Origin: an uncultured Atopostipes sp.
GTDB taxonomy: Bacteria > Bacillota > Bacilli > Lactobacillales > Carnobacteriaceae_A
Reading direction: 5' to 3'
DNA: 64,000 nucleotides
NCBI GenBank assembly: GCA_910588235.1
Contig: CAJUOQ010000008.1
Location: 476-64,475 of the forward strand
Both the position numbers and the translations under genes were made by a program. This document shows positions 18,710-32,034 of the stretch, piece after piece. Each line of letters starts with the position of its first letter. Position 1 is the first letter of the stretch. A model generated the notes under the pieces. It worked only from the letters and a program-made list of their open reading frames with translations, searched no databases and was not told the DNA's origin.

Positions 18710-21700
18710 TTGATTGACGTAAATAAATTTAATCATGTTCAAATTTCTATTGCTTCTCCTGAAAAGATCCGCCAATGGTCCTTTGGAGAAGTCAAAAAAC
18801 CAGAAACTATTAATTATCGTACACTAAAACCAGAACGTGACGGTTTATTCTGCGAGCGTATTTTTGGTCCAACTAAAGACTATGAGTGTGCTTGTGGTAA
18901 ATATCGTCGTATTCACTATAAAGGGATCGTTTGTGACCGTTGTGGTGTAGAAGTAACAAACTCTAAAGTTCGTCGTGAACGTATGGGTCATATCGAACTT
19001 GCTGCACCAGTCACACACATTTGGTACTTTAAAGGAATACCAAGCCGTTTAGGACTTATTTTAGACATGAGTCCTCGTTCACTAGAAGAAATCATTTACT
19101 ATGCTTCATATGTAGTGATTGAACCTGGTGATACACCGCTTGAGAAAAAACAATTATTAAATGAATTCGAATATCGTGACTACCGCTTAGAGTACGGGAA
19201 TGAATTCCGTGCTGAAATCGGAGCAGAAGCAATTAAGCATTTACTAAACGATGTTGACTTAGAAGCAGAAGTGAAAGAATTGAAAGATTTCTTACACACA
19301 GCAACTGGTCAAAAACGTACACGTGCTATCCGTCGACTAGACATTATGGACTCATTTGTATCCTCTGGTAACGAATTGGATTGGATGATTATGGATGTAT
19401 TACCGGTTATTCCACCAGAATTACGTCCGATGGTTCAATTAGACGGAGGACGCTTTGCAACAAGTGATATGAACGACTTATACCGTCGAGTCATTAACCG
19501 TAATAACCGACTAAAAAGTCTTTTAGAGCTGAATGCTCCACATATCATTATTCAAAACGAGAAACGTATGCTGCAAGAAGCAGTAGATGCTTTAATTGAT
19601 AATGGTCGTCGTGGTCGTCCAGTAACAGGACCAGGTAACCGTCCATTAAAATCACTTTCTCATATGTTGAAAGGTAAGCAAGGACGTTTCCGTCAAAACT
19701 TACTAGGTAAGCGTGTAGACTATTCAGGACGATCTGTTATTGTGGTTGGACCTGAATTGAAGATGTATGAAACAGGAATACCAAAACAAATGGCTGTTGA
19801 GCTCTTCAAACCGTTTGTTATGCGTGAATTAGTTGCTCGAGAAATTGCAACAAACATTAAAAACGCAAAAAGAAAAGTAGAGCAATTAGATGATGAAATT
19901 TGGGAAGTATTAGAAGATGTCATTAAAGAGCATCCGGTACTTCTAAACCGTGCGCCTACACTACACCGTTTGGGTATTCAAGCCTTCCAACCGGTTCTTA
20001 TCGATGGAAAAGCGATTCGTTTACACCCATTAGTCTGTGAAGCTTATAACGCCGACTTTGATGGGGACCAAATGGCTGTCCACGTACCACTAAGTGAAGA
20101 AGCTAAAGCAGAAGCTAGAATTTTAATGCTTGGTGCACAAAATATCCTAAACCCGAAAGATGGTAAACCAGTTGTTACACCATCACAAGATATGGTCTTA
20201 GGTAACTATTATCTAACACTAGAAAAACCAGGTGCGATTGGAGAAGGTATGGTCTTCTCAAGCCCGGAAGAAGCTTTCCAAGCTTACAAAACAGGGTACG
20301 TTCATCTACACTCACGTGTAGCGATTCATGCTGTAGATATGCCGAACAAGCCATTTACAGATGAACAAAAAGACCAATACTTGATTACAACTATCGGTAA
20401 AATTATCTTTAACCGTATTATGCCGGAAGAGTTTGCTTATTTAAACGAACCTTCAATGCATAACTTAGAAGAAAAAACACCAGATAAATATTTCGTGCCA
20501 TATGGTACAAATATTGTAGAGCACATTAAAAATCAAGAACCTGTAAGACCATTTAAGAAAAAAGATTTAGGAAATATTATTGCTGAAGTCTTCAAGAAAT
20601 TCCAAGTGACTGAAACGTCAAAAATGTTGGATGAGATGAAAGACCTCGGTTACTACTACTCAACAATTTCTGGTATTACAGTGGGTATTTCTGATATCCC
20701 TGTTTTAGATGTTAAAGAAGAAATTATTGAGGAAACCAGTGCAAAAGTTGACCGTATTAATGCGACTCACCGTCGTGGTTTGATTTCGGAAGACGAACGT
20801 TACCAAAACGTTATTGATATCTGGACGCAAGCAAGAGATGACATCCAAGACCACTTGGAAACAGACGTTGATCATTCAAACAATATTTTCATGATGAGTG
20901 ACTCTGGTGCCCGTGGTTCGATCTCGAACTTTACACAGTTAGCGGGAATTCGTGGATTAATTGCTGGTCCAAATGGTCAAATTATGGAGCTTCCAATTAC
21001 GTCAAACTTCCGTGAAGGTCTATCCGTATTAGAGATGTTTATTTCAACACACGGTGCCCGTAAAGGTATGACGGATACGGCGCTTAAGACAGCTGACTCG
21101 GGTTACTTAACTCGTCGTCTAGTTGATGTTTCACAAGATGTTATCGTTCGTGAAGACGACTGTGGAACTGAAGGCGGAATTGTTGCTCGTGAATTGAAAC
21201 AAGGAAATGAAGAAGTGGAAACACTAGAAGAACGTATTTTAGGTCGTTACGCTCGTCAAACAGTTGAGCATCCAGAAACAGGCGAAGTGATTGTTGAAGA
21301 AAACGAAATGATCACAGAAGAGAAAGCACGCGAAATCGTGGAAGCTGGACATACTCAGATTTATATTCGTTCAGTCTTTAACTGTAACTCACGCCATGGT
21401 GTCTGCCGTAAGTGTTATGGACGTAACTTAGCAACAGGTCGCGAAGTTGAAGTTGGAGAAGCAGTAGGAATTGTTGCTGCTCAATCCATTGGTGAACCTG
21501 GTACTCAGTTAACAATGCGTACATTCCATACAGGTGGTGTAGCCGGAGACGATATTACTCAAGGTTTACCACGTGTTCAAGAGATCTTTGAAGCAAGACA
21601 TCCAAAAGGTCAAGCAACTATTTCAGAAGTAACGGGTGAAATTGATGCAATCGAAGAGAACCCAGAAGAAAACGAAATAGAAGTAACAGTTAAAGGTTAC

Positions 21701-22330
21701 ACAGATACGCGCACATACAAATTACCAAGAATTGCACGTCTACGTGTAGAAGTTGGCGACACGATTGAACGAGGTGACCCACTTAACGAAGGTTCAATTG
21801 ATCCGAAAGAACTTCTGGCAGTAAGTGGTATGACGAAACTTCAAGAATATATCTTGAAAGAAGTTCAATATGCCTACCGAAGTCAAGGGGTAGAAATCGG
21901 AGATAAACACGTTGAAGTGATTGCTCGTCAAATGATGCGCAAAGTTCGTATCCTTGACCCAGGCGACACAGATATTTTACCTGGTGAATTACTTGATATT
22001 CATGACTTCAAAGACCACATCACGGATACTTTATTATCTGGTGGACAACCAGCAACTGCTCGTCCAGTATTGCTTGGTATTACAAAAGCAGCTCTTGAAA
22101 CAAACAGTTTCTTATCTGCTGCATCCTTCCAGGAAACAACACGTGTCCTAACAGATGCTGTCATTCGAGGTAAAGAAGATGACTTAATTGGTCTGAAAGA
22201 GAACGTCATTATCGGTAAACAAATTCCTGCTGGTACGGGTATTCAAGCTTATAGAGACTTAGAACCAAAATCAGTTGGAGCTGAAGCCGAGGAAGTTTAT
22301 GCTGTCGCTGAAGAAGAAGCCGAAGAATAA
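18710..22330 (+). CDS. rpoC: DNA-directed RNA polymerase subunit beta'
   Basis: The track ORF is extended by 22 codons. A TTG at 18710 follows SD aaagggagg and gives [38 protein letters not shown], aligning with known N-termini. The catalytic NADFDGDQM motif is present. Confidence 0.97.
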   Translation: MIDVNKFNHVQISIASPEKIRQWSFGEVKKPETINYRTLKPERDGLFCERIFGPTKDYECACGKYRRIHYKGIVCDRCGVEVTNSKVRRERMGHIELAAPVTHIWYFKGIPSRLGLILDMSPRSLEEIIYYASYVVIEPGDTPLEKKQLLNEFEYRDYRLEYGNEFRAEIGAEAIKHLLNDVDLEAEVKELKDFLHTATGQKRTRAIRRLDIMDSFVSSGNELDWMIMDVLPVIPPELRPMVQLDGGRFATSDMNDLYRRVINRNNRLKSLLELNAPHIIIQNEKRMLQEAVDALIDNGRRGRPVTGPGNRPLKSLSHMLKGKQGRFRQNLLGKRVDYSGRSVIVVGPELKMYETGIPKQMAVELFKPFVMRELVAREIATNIKNAKRKVEQLDDEIWEVLEDVIKEHPVLLNRAPTLHRLGIQAFQPVLIDGKAIRLHPLVCEAYNADFDGDQMAVHVPLSEEAKAEARILMLGAQNILNPKDGKPVVTPSQDMVLGNYYLTLEKPGAIGEGMVFSSPEEAFQAYKTGYVHLHSRVAIHAVDMPNKPFTDEQKDQYLITTIGKIIFNRIMPEEFAYLNEPSMHNLEEKTPDKYFVPYGTNIVEHIKNQEPVRPFKKKDLGNIIAEVFKKFQVTETSKMLDEMKDLGYYYSTISGITVGISDIPVLDVKEEIIEETSAKVDRINATHRRGLISEDERYQNVIDIWTQARDDIQDHLETDVDHSNNIFMMSDSGARGSISNFTQLAGIRGLIAGPNGQIMELPITSNFREGLSVLEMFISTHGARKGMTDTALKTADSGYLTRRLVDVSQDVIVREDDCGTEGGIVARELKQGNEEVETLEERILGRYARQTVEHPETGEVIVEENEMITEEKAREIVEAGHTQIYIRSVFNCNSRHGVCRKCYGRNLATGREVEVGEAVGIVAAQSIGEPGTQLTMRTFHTGGVAGDDITQGLPRVQEIFEARHPKGQATISEVTGEIDAIEENPEENEIEVTVKGYTDTRTYKLPRIARLRVEVGDTIERGDPLNEGSIDPKELLAVSGMTKLQEYILKEVQYAYRSQGVEIGDKHVEVIARQMMRKVRILDPGDTDILPGELLDIHDFKDHITDTLLSGGQPATARPVLLGITKAALETNSFLSAASFQETTRVLTDAVIRGKEDDLIGLKENVIIGKQIPAGTGIQAYRDLEPKSVGAEAEEVYAVAEEEAEE

Positions 22331-22373
22331 TTTTGTGAAATAAAAGAATTTCCTAATCAAAAAGAAAAATAGT

Positions 22374-22420
22374 CAGCGAAGAGTAAGTTTTTGAACTTAC
22401 TCTTCTTGCTGATATATTTA
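22374..22420 (+). terminator. Hairpin terminator after rpoC
   Basis: 11-bp core stem gaagagtaagt / acttactcttc, extended by cagc/gctg. The downstream T-tract is weak. Confidence 0.6.
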
Positions 22421-22449
22421 TAAAAAATAAGGAAAAATTCTATAAAAAG

Positions 22450-22478
22450 TTGACATATTCATCTTAAAGTGCTATTAT
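22450..22478 (+). promoter_or_regulatory. Promoter of the rpsL-rpsG-fusA-tuf operon
   Basis: TTGACA, 17-nt spacer, TATTAT. Confidence 0.75.
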
Positions 22479-22647
22479 TTTAAAGGTGCTTTTTATAAAA
22501 GAAATAAATAATCATTTATCATTTGAAGAAAGCAAAAATAATCTATACACCAGCGAAAATCGCATAGTGATGCGGTTTAATATTTTTTAACTAAAATGAC
22601 ACGGCTGGATGTGTGGACTTGAAAATACAAAAGGAGGGAAATACTAA

Positions 22648-23058
22648 ATGCCTACAATTAACCAATTAGTTCGTAAACCTCGTAAAACTAAAAAGAAAAA
22701 ATCTGAATCACCAGCTTTAAACCGAGGATATAATACGTTAAAACGTCAACCGACTCGAGTTTTATCTCCACAGAAACGTGGTGTATGTACACGTGTTGGA
22801 ACAATGACTCCTAAGAAACCGAACTCAGCATTACGTAAATATGCACGTGTTCGTTTATCTAACCAGATTGAAGTTACAGCTTATATACCTGGTGAAGGAC
22901 ATAACTTACAAGAACATAACGTAGTACTTATTCGTGGTGGTCGAGTTAAAGACTTGCCAGGTGTTCGTTACCACGTTGTTCGTGGAGCTCTTGATACAGC
23001 AGGAGTTACAGACCGTAAGCAAAGTCGTTCGAAATACGGTACTAAAAAGCCTAACTAA
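22648..23058 (+). CDS. rpsL: 30S ribosomal protein S12
   Basis: 136 aa: [13 protein letters not shown].. and ..[10 protein letters not shown].. Confidence 0.97.
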   Translation: MPTINQLVRKPRKTKKKKSESPALNRGYNTLKRQPTRVLSPQKRGVCTRVGTMTPKKPNSALRKYARVRLSNQIEVTAYIPGEGHNLQEHNVVLIRGGRVKDLPGVRYHVVRGALDTAGVTDRKQSRSKYGTKKPN

Positions 23059-23105
23059 AAAAATAATTTCTTAAATTAAATAATTCTCGAGGAAGGAGGA
23101 TGGTC

Positions 23106-23576
23106 ATGCCTCGTAAAGGACCAGTAATTAAAAAAGATGTAACGCCGGATCCGATTTATGATTCGAAACTTGTATCACGTTTAATCAACCGTTTAATGGT
23201 TGATGGTAAACGCGGTAAAGCATCTACTATCTTATATAGAGCATTTGATATTATTAGTGAAGAAACTGGAAATGAACCAATGGAAGTATTTGAACAGGCG
23301 TTGAAAAACTTAATGCCCGTATTGGAGGTACGTTCACGTCGAGTGGGTGGTTCTAACTACCAAGTACCGATTGAGGTTCGTCCAGAACGTCGAACAACAC
23401 TAGCATTGCGTTGGTTAGTAAACTACGCACGCCTACGTGGAGAAAACACTATGGTTGAACGCTTAGCACATGAAATCATGGATGCAGCAAACAACACAGG
23501 TGCAGCAGTTCGTCGTCGTGAAGAAGTCCATCAAATGGCAGAAGCAAACAAAGCATTTGCTCACTACCGTTGGTAA
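23106..23576 (+). CDS. rpsG: 30S ribosomal protein S7
   Basis: ATG 23106 (MPRKGPV..) lies 6-7 nt after ggagga and gives 156 aa. The track start at 23100 abuts the SD. Confidence 0.96.
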   Translation: MPRKGPVIKKDVTPDPIYDSKLVSRLINRLMVDGKRGKASTILYRAFDIISEETGNEPMEVFEQALKNLMPVLEVRSRRVGGSNYQVPIEVRPERRTTLALRWLVNYARLRGENTMVERLAHEIMDAANNTGAAVRRREEVHQMAEANKAFAHYRW

Positions 23577-23680
23577 GATTTCTCGCAAATTGAACAATCC
23601 CTATAGAACATCTATAGGACAACAGAACAAGTAAATGAAGCCTAAAAAGGCGAGATTATAAAAATAAGGGGTGTAGAATT

Positions 23681-25774
23681 TTGGCTAAAAGAGAATTTTC
23701 TCTGGAAAAAACGCGTAATATCGGGATTATGGCTCATATTGACGCTGGTAAAACAACCACAACAGAGCGTATCTTGTATTATACAGGCCGTACGCACAAA
23801 ATCGGCGAGACCCATGATGGTGCGTCACAAATGGACTGGATGGAACAAGAGCAAGAGCGTGGAATCACGATCACATCAGCAGCGACAACTGCTTCGTGGA
23901 AAGACCACCGTGTAAATATTATTGATACTCCAGGACACGTGGACTTTACAGTTGAAGTTGAGCGTTCATTACGTGTACTAGACGGTGCAGTTACAGTGCT
24001 TGACGCACAGTCTGGTGTTGAGCCACAAACAGAAACAGTGTGGCGCCAAGCAACAACTTATGGTGTTCCACGAATTGTCTTCATTAACAAAATGGATAAA
24101 ATTGGTGCTGACTTCTTGTATGCAGCAAACACTCTAACTGAGCGTCTGCAAGCAAATGCACATCCAATTCAATTACCAATTGGTGCTGAAGATCAATTCA
24201 CAGGAATTATCGACCTTGTCAACATGAACGCAATTATATATCATGATGAAATGGGTCAAGATGTTACAATCGAAGAAATTCCTGAAGAATACCAAGATCA
24301 AGCAGAAGAATATCATGAAAGCCTAGTAGAAGCAGTTGCTGAACTAGATGATGAACTAATGATGAAATACCTTGAAGGTGGAGAAATCACTTTAGAGGAA
24401 TTGAAAAATGGTATCCGTGAAGCAACAGTAAACGTAGAATTTTACCCAGTGCTTGTCGGTTCTGCATTTAAGAATAAAGGGGTTCAACCTTTATTAGACG
24501 CAGTTGTTGACTATTTACCGTCTCCATTAGATGTAAGAGCTATTCAAGGTCATTCAGCAGATAACCCAGATGAAGTTATCGAACGTCATGCAGATGACAA
24601 TGGACCATTCGCAGCACTAGCATTTAAAGTAATGACAGACCCATATGTTGGTCGTTTAACTTTCTTCCGTGTGTACTCAGGTTCTTTAGAAGCTGGATCA
24701 TACGTATTAAATGCGACAAAAGACTCTCGTGAGCGTGTTGGACGAATCCTACAAATGCATGCAAACTCTCGTGAAGAAATCCCTGAAGTTTTCTCAGGAG
24801 ATATCGCAGCAGGTGTTGGATTAAAAGATACAGCAACAGGAGATACACTAAGTGCTGAAGATTCACCAGTTATCTTAGAATCTATGGAATTCCCAGAACC
24901 AGTTATCCAGGTAGCAATTGAACCTAAAACAAAAGCTGACCAAGATAAAATGGGCGCTGCATTGCAAAAACTTGCAGAAGAGGATCCAACATTCCGCGCT
25001 GAAACAGATCACGAAACAGGTGAAACATTAATTTCTGGTATGGGTGAACTTCACCTTGAAGTTATTGTTGACCGACTAAAACGTGAATTTAAAGTTGAAG
25101 CAAACGTTGGTGCTCCACAAGTTTCTTACCGTGAGACATTCACGAAAACTGTTGAAGCTGAAGGTAAATTCATCCGTCAATCAGGTGGTAAAGGACAATA
25201 CGGTCACGTATTAATTGAGTTCGGACCACTTGAAGAAGGAGAAGGCTTCGAATTTGAAGATGCAATTGTCGGTGGGGCTGTTCCTCGTGAATATATTCCA
25301 TCTGTTGAAGAAGGTTTAGTCTCAGCAATGGAAGGCGGAGTATTAGCTGGTTATCCACTAATTGACGTCCGTGCTAAACTTTACGATGGTTCATACCACG
25401 ATGTTGACTCGAGCGAGACAGCATTTAAAGTTGCAGCTTCTTTAGCACTTCGCGAAGCAGCTAAAAAAGCAGGTGCTGTAATTCTTGAGCCAATGATGGC
25501 TGTAGATATTACGGCTCCGGAAGAATACCTAGGAGACTTGATGGGACATATTTCTTCTCGTCGAGGAACTATTGAAGGACAAGAACAGCATGGTAATGCT
25601 ATGACTGTTACGGGTATGATTCCATTATCAGAAATGTTTGGTTACGCAACAACATTGCGTTCTGCTACACAAGGTCGTGGAACATTCGTTATGCAATTTG
25701 ACCATTATGATGCAGTACCAAACAGTATCGCTGAAGAAATCATTGCTAAACAAGGTGGATCATCTGAAGAGTAA
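23681..25774 (+). CDS. fusA: Elongation factor G
   Basis: 697 aa with a TTG start. The G1 motif is AHIDAGKTT. Confidence 0.97.
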   Translation: MAKREFSLEKTRNIGIMAHIDAGKTTTTERILYYTGRTHKIGETHDGASQMDWMEQEQERGITITSAATTASWKDHRVNIIDTPGHVDFTVEVERSLRVLDGAVTVLDAQSGVEPQTETVWRQATTYGVPRIVFINKMDKIGADFLYAANTLTERLQANAHPIQLPIGAEDQFTGIIDLVNMNAIIYHDEMGQDVTIEEIPEEYQDQAEEYHESLVEAVAELDDELMMKYLEGGEITLEELKNGIREATVNVEFYPVLVGSAFKNKGVQPLLDAVVDYLPSPLDVRAIQGHSADNPDEVIERHADDNGPFAALAFKVMTDPYVGRLTFFRVYSGSLEAGSYVLNATKDSRERVGRILQMHANSREEIPEVFSGDIAAGVGLKDTATGDTLSAEDSPVILESMEFPEPVIQVAIEPKTKADQDKMGAALQKLAEEDPTFRAETDHETGETLISGMGELHLEVIVDRLKREFKVEANVGAPQVSYRETFTKTVEAEGKFIRQSGGKGQYGHVLIEFGPLEEGEGFEFEDAIVGGAVPREYIPSVEEGLVSAMEGGVLAGYPLIDVRAKLYDGSYHDVDSSETAFKVAASLALREAAKKAGAVILEPMMAVDITAPEEYLGDLMGHISSRRGTIEGQEQHGNAMTVTGMIPLSEMFGYATTLRSATQGRGTFVMQFDHYDAVPNSIAEEIIAKQGGSSEE

Positions 25775-25954
25775 TCACCTTTAAGATACCTTCAAATGAA
25801 TCACTATTAAACTTATTAAAAATGAGTGGAGTGAAAGCATAGAAACACTTGCTTTCACCTACTTATGTAAGTATAATTGTAAATTAGAAGAGTGGGTTAA
25901 TCTGCTCATTTAATTAATAAAATATTTAACATCCTTAAGGAGGACTTTTTTAAA

Positions 25955-27136
25955 ATGGGAAAAGAAAAATTTGATCGTTCGAAACCACATATGAATATTG
26001 GTACTATCGGACACGTTGACCATGGTAAAACTACTTTAACTGCAGCAATCACAAACGTATTAGCTTCAAAAGGTTTGGCAGATGCACAAGCTTATGACGC
26101 GATTGATGGTGCTTCAGAAGAGCAAGAACGTGGAATTACAATTTCAACTTCACACGTTGAGTATGAAACAGAAAACCGTCACTATGCACATATTGACGCT
26201 CCAGGACACGCGGACTACGTTAAAAACATGATTACTGGTGCTGCTCAAATGGATGGTGCTATCTTAGTAGTATCTGCTGCTGATGGACCAATGCCACAAA
26301 CTCGTGAGCATATCCTATTATCTCGTCAAGTTGGTATTCCATACATCGTTGTTTTCTTAAACAAATTAGATATGGTTGATGACGAAGAATTAGTAGAATT
26401 AGTAGAAATGGAAGTTCGTGACCTATTGTCAGAATATGACTTCCCTGGTGACGAAGTACCAGTTATCGCTGGATCAGCTCTAAAAGCTTTAGAAGGCGAC
26501 GAAGAATATCAAGAAAAAATCATGGAATTAATGGGTGCTGTTGATGAGTACATTCCATTACCAGACCGTGACGACACTAAACCATTCTTAATGCCAGTTG
26601 AGGACGTATTCTCAATTTCTGGTCGTGGTACTGTTGCTACAGGTCGTGTAGAGCAAGGTAAAGTCGAAGTTGGTGACGAAGTTGAAGTTGTTGGTTTAGC
26701 TGACACACAAAAAACAACTGTTACTGGAATCGAAATGTTCCGTAAAATGTTAGACTACGCTGAAGCGGGAGACAACATTGGTGCACTATTACGTGGACTT
26801 AACCGTGACGACATTGAGCGTGGACAAGTTCTTGCAGAACCAGGTTCAATTACTCCACACTCTAAATTCAAAGGACAAGTTTATGTTCTATCTAAAGAAG
26901 AGGGTGGACGTCATACACCATTCTTCACTAACTACCGTCCTCAGTTCTACTTCCGTACAACTGACGTAACAGGTGTTGTTGACTTACCAGAAGGTACAGA
27001 AATGGTAATGCCTGGTGACGATACAGAGATGGAAGTTGAATTAATCGCTCCTATCGCTGTTGAAGAAGGTACACGCTTCACTATCCGTGAAGGTGGACGT
27101 ACAGTTGGTGCTGGTGTTGTTACAGAAATTCTATAA
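25955..27136 (+). CDS. tuf: Elongation factor Tu
   Basis: 393 aa with motifs [14 protein letters not shown] and NKLD. Confidence 0.98.
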   Translation: MGKEKFDRSKPHMNIGTIGHVDHGKTTLTAAITNVLASKGLADAQAYDAIDGASEEQERGITISTSHVEYETENRHYAHIDAPGHADYVKNMITGAAQMDGAILVVSAADGPMPQTREHILLSRQVGIPYIVVFLNKLDMVDDEELVELVEMEVRDLLSEYDFPGDEVPVIAGSALKALEGDEEYQEKIMELMGAVDEYIPLPDRDDTKPFLMPVEDVFSISGRGTVATGRVEQGKVEVGDEVEVVGLADTQKTTVTGIEMFRKMLDYAEAGDNIGALLRGLNRDDIERGQVLAEPGSITPHSKFKGQVYVLSKEEGGRHTPFFTNYRPQFYFRTTDVTGVVDLPEGTEMVMPGDDTEMEVELIAPIAVEEGTRFTIREGGRTVGAGVVTEIL

Positions 27137-27183
27137 TTTTTATAGAATCTGTATGACTCAGACATTCAATGTTTGAATTTAAT

Positions 27184-27226
27184 AAACTCGTTATTCTGTA
27201 AAGTTACAGAGTAACGAGTTTTTTTA
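27184..27226 (+). terminator. Intrinsic terminator after tuf
   Basis: 17-bp stem aaactcgttattctgta / tacagagtaacgagttt with a 4-nt loop and a T-run. Confidence 0.9.
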
Positions 27227-27495
27227 TTTCGTTTTTTAAAACTCTAGAATATTAAAATAGAGAAGATCGATTTTAAACAATAAAAATAGATGAACCAACA
27301 TTAGGAAACTTATTATGAAATTTGTCTGAGACTCACTTCAATTTGCTAAACGACCTGCGCTTATTTTAATTACTCAACGATAAACGATATAAAATCATAA
27401 AATAACTCACATTTTTCTAAAAAAATCGTTTATTTTCTTTAAAAATAAATCGAAGAAAAAAACTTTAACTTTTTCCGAAAAATAGCAAATAAAGC

Positions 27496-27524
27496 TTGAA
27501 ACCTCAAGTAAATCATTGTATACT
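27496..27524 (+). promoter_or_regulatory. Promoter of the S10 operon
   Basis: TTGAAA, 17-nt spacer, TATACT. Confidence 0.7.
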
Positions 27525-27530
27525 AATCAA

Positions 27531-27735
27531 TGTGTCTATTGAGGGGATCTTATACACTAAATAAGAAAAGTAAAATGCTAAACGTTGAAGTAAAGCAGTT
27601 ACGACCTCTATGATAGAAATATAAAAGGCGATGAAGCGAGAGGTTGCGACACGCTCGGACGCGTTGCCATGAACGGGCGTCGTGGAAATTTTCGCAGAGC
27701 CAGGTTTATTATAAAATAAGCGAAGGAGGGAAATC
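27531..27735 (+). promoter_or_regulatory. Long structured S10-operon leader
   Basis: A ~200-nt untranslated leader contains a locally GC-rich block (27640-27700: gaggttgcgacacgctcggacgcgttgccatgaacgggcgtcgtgg) in otherwise AT-rich DNA. Confidence 0.5.
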
Positions 27736-28044
27736 ATGGCTAAACAAAAGATTCGTATTCGTTTGAAAGCATATGAACACGGAGTGCTTGATCAATCAGC
27801 ACAAAAAATCGTTGATACAGCGGAAAGAACAGGTGCAGGAGTTTCTGGACCAGTTCCATTACCAACTGAACGAGAAGTGTTCACAGTGGTTCGTTCACCA
27901 CACGTTTTCGACAGTTCACGTGAGCATTTCGAAATGCTAACACATAAACGTTTAGTAGACATTGTTAACCCAACACCTAAGACTGTTGACGCATTAACAA
28001 AATTAGATCTACCATCAGGTGTGGACATCGAAATCAAACTATAA
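27736..28044 (+). CDS. rpsJ: 30S ribosomal protein S10
   Basis: 102 aa, [15 protein letters not shown].. It is the first gene of the conserved S10 operon. Confidence 0.97.
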   Translation: MAKQKIRIRLKAYEHGVLDQSAQKIVDTAERTGAGVSGPVPLPTEREVFTVVRSPHVFDSSREHFEMLTHKRLVDIVNPTPKTVDALTKLDLPSGVDIEIKL

Positions 28045-28138
28045 GCAAAAAAAATGAAACTAGAATTGGTAGGACGTAGGAATATGTTCTAAAAGAATTA
28101 ATCAATAAAAATACTTAAAAAATAATGGAGGTGTACTC

Positions 28139-28774
28139 ATGACCAAAGGAATCTTAGGAAAAAAAGTCGGAATGACACAAATCTTTGATGAAGCAGGATT
28201 ATTAGTTCCTGTTACAGTCTTAGAAGTTCAACCAAACGTTGTATTGCAAGTAAAATCTGAAGAAGCAGATGGTTACAATGCAGTTCAATTAGGAGTTGAT
28301 GACAAACGTGATATTTTGTCAAATCAAGCCGAACAAGGTCATGTTAAAAAAGCAGAAACTGCTCCTAAGCGCTTCGTTAAAGAAATTCGCGATGCTGAGC
28401 TTGGAGAGGTTGAAGTTGGAAGTGAAGTTACTGTTGAATTATTCGAACAGGGTGAAATGCTAGACATTACAGGTGTTTCAAAAGGTAAAGGATACCAAGG
28501 AAACATCAAGCGCCATAACCATGCAAGAGGACCGGAAACACACGGTTCACGTTACCATCGTGGAGTTGGGGCAATGAGTGCAGCAGCTACACCAGGACGT
28601 GTTCGTAAAGGTAAAAAGCTACCTGGACAAATGGGTGGAGACACAGTAACAATTCAAAACTTAGAATTAGTACAAGTTGACGCAGAACGTAATGTTCTTT
28701 TAGTCAAAGGAAATGTTCCTGGAGCTAAAAAATCATTCGTAGAAATCAAATCAGCAGTTAAATCTGCAAATTAA
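28139..28774 (+). CDS. rplC: 50S ribosomal protein L3
   Basis: 211 aa, [16 protein letters not shown].., in conserved order. Confidence 0.97.
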   Translation: MTKGILGKKVGMTQIFDEAGLLVPVTVLEVQPNVVLQVKSEEADGYNAVQLGVDDKRDILSNQAEQGHVKKAETAPKRFVKEIRDAELGEVEVGSEVTVELFEQGEMLDITGVSKGKGYQGNIKRHNHARGPETHGSRYHRGVGAMSAAATPGRVRKGKKLPGQMGGDTVTIQNLELVQVDAERNVLLVKGNVPGAKKSFVEIKSAVKSAN

Positions 28775-28795
28775 ACTGGAAGGGGGATTTGACAC

Positions 28796-29419
28796 ATGCC
28801 AACTATAGACTTATTAAAACAAGATGGAACAACGGCTGGTGAAGTCGTATTGAACGATGAGCTTTTTGGAATCGAACCAAACCAAAGCGTAATGTTTGAT
28901 GTTATTACAAACCAACAAGCTGCTCAGAGACAAGGTACACATGCTGTGAAGAATAGAAGTGCTCGACGTGGTGGAGGCAAAAAACCATGGCGTCAAAAAG
29001 GTACTGGACGTGCTCGTCACGGATCTACTCGTTCACCAATCTGGCGTGGCGGTGGAGTCGTCTTTGGACCAACTCCTCGATCATACGGTTATAAAGTACC
29101 AAGAAAATCTCGTCGTCTAGCAATCAAATCTGTCCTTTCACAAAAAGTATTGGACAATGAACTGGTTGTTGTTGACTCACTAGAATTAGATACACCAAAA
29201 ACAAAAGACTTCAGAGCAATTTTAGAAAACTTAGGAGTAGACAAAAAAGTACTACTTGTGTTAGAAGATAGTAATGAGAACATTTATAAAGCAGCAAGAA
29301 ACATTCCAAATGTGAAAATTGTTTCTTCAAATAATGTTTCTGTACTAGATGTAGTAGCACATGATTACTTACTATTTACTCAAACAGCTCTAGAAGAATT
29401 AGAGGGGGCTCTTCAGTAA
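28796..29419 (+). CDS. rplD: 50S ribosomal protein L4
   Basis: 207 aa with ..[15 protein letters not shown].. Confidence 0.97.
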   Translation: MPTIDLLKQDGTTAGEVVLNDELFGIEPNQSVMFDVITNQQAAQRQGTHAVKNRSARRGGGKKPWRQKGTGRARHGSTRSPIWRGGGVVFGPTPRSYGYKVPRKSRRLAIKSVLSQKVLDNELVVVDSLELDTPKTKDFRAILENLGVDKKVLLVLEDSNENIYKAARNIPNVKIVSSNNVSVLDVVAHDYLLFTQTALEELEGALQ

Positions 29420-29727
29420 TGGATGCACGTGATGTAATCTTACGTCCGGTAATAACAGAACAGTCTGTTTATGAAATGGACGAGAAAAAATACACATTCA
29501 TCGTTGACCCACGAGCAAATAGATCTCAAGTAAAGCATGCTGTACAAGAGGTTTTTGATGTAGATGTTAAGAAAGTTAACATCGTAAACACTGCTCGTAA
29601 ACCAAAAGCAATGGGACAAATGCGACAATATCAAGGCTTCAAAAAGAGCCGTAAAAAAGCAATTGTTACATTAACAGAAGCTTCAGCTGACATTGATGTG
29701 TTCGGCGAAGACAATGATGAAGAATAA
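29419..29727 (+). CDS. rplW: 50S ribosomal protein L23
   Basis: 102 aa. The start overlaps the rplD stop (TAATG). Confidence 0.95.
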   Translation: MDARDVILRPVITEQSVYEMDEKKYTFIVDPRANRSQVKHAVQEVFDVDVKKVNIVNTARKPKAMGQMRQYQGFKKSRKKAIVTLTEASADIDVFGEDNDEE

Positions 29728-29791
29728 TTAGATAATAAATATAAAAGAGATTTAAAAAAACAAATCATGAAATTTTAAGGAGGGGAAAATA

Positions 29792-30631
29792 GTGGCTATT
29801 AAGAATTATAAATCTACTACAAACGGTCAACGCCATAAGTCAGGATTAGATTTTTCAGACATTACAACCAGTAAGCCTGAAAAGTCATTACTAGTTAAAA
29901 ATCCTAAACAAGCTGGTCGTAATAATAGAGGTAAAATCACAACCCGTCATCAAGCCGGAGGCCACAAACATCAATACCGAATTGTCGATTTCAAACGACA
30001 AAAAGATGGAATCCGCGGTATTGTTAAAACGATCGAATATGATCCAAACCGTTCAGCAAACATTTCCTTGATTCAATATGAAGATGGTGTGAAAACATAT
30101 ATCTTAGCACCTAAAGGAATTGAAGTTGGTCAAGATGTTATGTCAGGAGAAGACGTTGATATCAATGTAGGTAATGCATTGCCATTAGCAAACATTCCAG
30201 TTGGTACAACCATTCACAACATCGAGTTGAAACCAGGTAAAGGTGGACAATTAGTTCGCTCTGCTGGTGGATCTGCACAAGTATTAGGTAAAGAAGGAAA
30301 ATACGTACTGATTCGTTTAAGTTCGGGAGAAAACCGTTTAATCTTAGCTGCATGCCGTGCAACTATCGGTACTGTTGGTAATGAACAACATGAGCTAGTA
30401 TCAATCGGTAAAGCTGGACGTAATCGTTGGTTAGGTAAAAGACCTGCTGTACGTGGTTCTGCAATGAACCCTAACGATCACCCGCACGGTGGTGGGGAAG
30501 GTCGATCACCTATTGGTATGCCAAGTCCATTATCACCATGGGGCAAACCTACACTTGGTAAGAAAACTCGTCGTCGTAAAAAATCTGATAAATTAATCGT
30601 TCGTGGACGTCGTAAGAAAAAACGCGGTTAA
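29792..30631 (+). CDS. rplB: 50S ribosomal protein L2
   Basis: 279 aa with a GTG start; sequence includes ..[13 protein letters not shown].. Confidence 0.97.
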   Translation: MAIKNYKSTTNGQRHKSGLDFSDITTSKPEKSLLVKNPKQAGRNNRGKITTRHQAGGHKHQYRIVDFKRQKDGIRGIVKTIEYDPNRSANISLIQYEDGVKTYILAPKGIEVGQDVMSGEDVDINVGNALPLANIPVGTTIHNIELKPGKGGQLVRSAGGSAQVLGKEGKYVLIRLSSGENRLILAACRATIGTVGNEQHELVSIGKAGRNRWLGKRPAVRGSAMNPNDHPHGGGEGRSPIGMPSPLSPWGKPTLGKKTRRRKKSDKLIVRGRRKKKRG

Positions 30632-30703
30632 TTAAACAGTTACTAATAAAACAATTTAAAGATTAAAAGAAACTAGAATTCAGAAAAATAAAGGAGGGTA
30701 ATC

Positions 30704-30988
30704 ATGGCCCGCAGTTTGAAAAAAGGACCTTTCGCTGATGATCATTTAATGAAAAAAGTCCGCGAAATGGATGATGACAATAAACGCGTAATTCGCACTT
30801 GGTCACGACGTTCAACAATTTTCCCAAATTTCGTTGGACACACAATTGCAGTATATGATGGTCGTAAACATGTACCCGTTTATATTCAAGAAGATATGGT
30901 TGGACATAAATTAGGTGAATTTGCTCCAACTCGTACATTCCGTGGACACGGAAGAAGTGACCAAACCTCATCTGGTATATCTATTTAA
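30704..30988 (+). CDS. rpsS: 30S ribosomal protein S19
   Basis: 94 aa: [10 protein letters not shown].. and ..[13 protein letters not shown].. Confidence 0.97.
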   Translation: MARSLKKGPFADDHLMKKVREMDDDNKRVIRTWSRRSTIFPNFVGHTIAVYDGRKHVPVYIQEDMVGHKLGEFAPTRTFRGHGRSDQTSSGISI

Positions 30989-31009
30989 TTTGTGAAAGGA
31001 GGAAACAAA

Positions 31010-31366
31010 ATGGCAGATACAGTAACGTCAGCAAAAGCTACAGCTAAAGTCGTACGCATTGCTCCGCGAAAAGTTCGATTAGTCGTTGATGCAGTTCGTG
31101 GAAAAAGTGTTGCCGAAGCTATTTCTACCCTTCGTTTCGCAAATAGAGGTGCAGCGAAACCAGTAGAAAAAGTATTAAACTCAGCAGTAGCAAACGCTGA
31201 ACATAACTTTGATTTAAACGCAGAAGATTTAATTGTAAGTGAAGCTTACGTAAACGAAGGACCAACACTAAAAAGATTCCGTCCTCGTGCACAAGGTGCA
31301 GCTTCAGGAATTAATAAAAGAACAAGCCACATTACAATTGTGGTATCTGAGAAAGAGGAGGCGTAA
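31010..31366 (+). CDS. rplV: 50S ribosomal protein L22
   Basis: The start is moved to ATG 31010 behind SD aaggagg (the track start at 30992 is upstream of the SD). 118 aa. Confidence 0.95.
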   Translation: MADTVTSAKATAKVVRIAPRKVRLVVDAVRGKSVAEAISTLRFANRGAAKPVEKVLNSAVANAEHNFDLNAEDLIVSEAYVNEGPTLKRFRPRAQGAASGINKRTSHITIVVSEKEEA

Positions 31367-31371
31367 ATAAA

Positions 31372-32031
31372 ATGGGTCAAAAGATAAATCCACATGGTTT
31401 TCGAGTCGGCGTTATCCAAGACTGGGACGCTAAATGGTACGCAGACGATAATAACTTCGCAGACGTACTACATGAAGACTTAAAAATTCGTGAACACATT
31501 GATACAGTCTTAGCAGATGCTTCTGTTTCTCGAGTAGAAATTGAACGTGCAGCTAACCGCATTAACGTATCAATCAATACTTCTAAACCAGGTATGGTTA
31601 TTGGTAAAGGCGGTTCAGAAGTAGACAAACTAAGAAGCCAATTAAACAATTTAACTGGTAAACGAGTGCACGTGAATATCGTTGAAATCAAAAAACCAGA
31701 ATTAGATGCAAAATTAGTTGCAGAAGATATTGCAGAACAATTAGAAAACCGTATCGCTTTCCGTCGTGCTCAAAAGCAAGCAATTCAACAAACAATGCGT
31801 GCAGGAGCAGAAGGTGTCCGTACAGTAGTATCAGGACGTTTAAACGGAGCAGATATGGCTCGTACAGAAGGATTTTCAGAAGGAACAGTTCCATTACACA
31901 CGATTCGTGCAGATATTGATTATGCACACGCTGAAGCAGATACAACTTTCGGTAAAATCGGTGTTAAAGTATGGATCTCTAAAGGAGAAGTTCTTCCTGA
32001 AGTAGCCGAAGAATCGGAAGGAGGAAAATAA
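31372..32031 (+). CDS. rpsC: 30S ribosomal protein S3
   Basis: 219 aa, [13 protein letters not shown].. Confidence 0.97.
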   Translation: MGQKINPHGFRVGVIQDWDAKWYADDNNFADVLHEDLKIREHIDTVLADASVSRVEIERAANRINVSINTSKPGMVIGKGGSEVDKLRSQLNNLTGKRVHVNIVEIKKPELDAKLVAEDIAEQLENRIAFRRAQKQAIQQTMRAGAEGVRTVVSGRLNGADMARTEGFSEGTVPLHTIRADIDYAHAEADTTFGKIGVKVWISKGEVLPEVAEESEGGK

Positions 32032-32034
32032 TCG

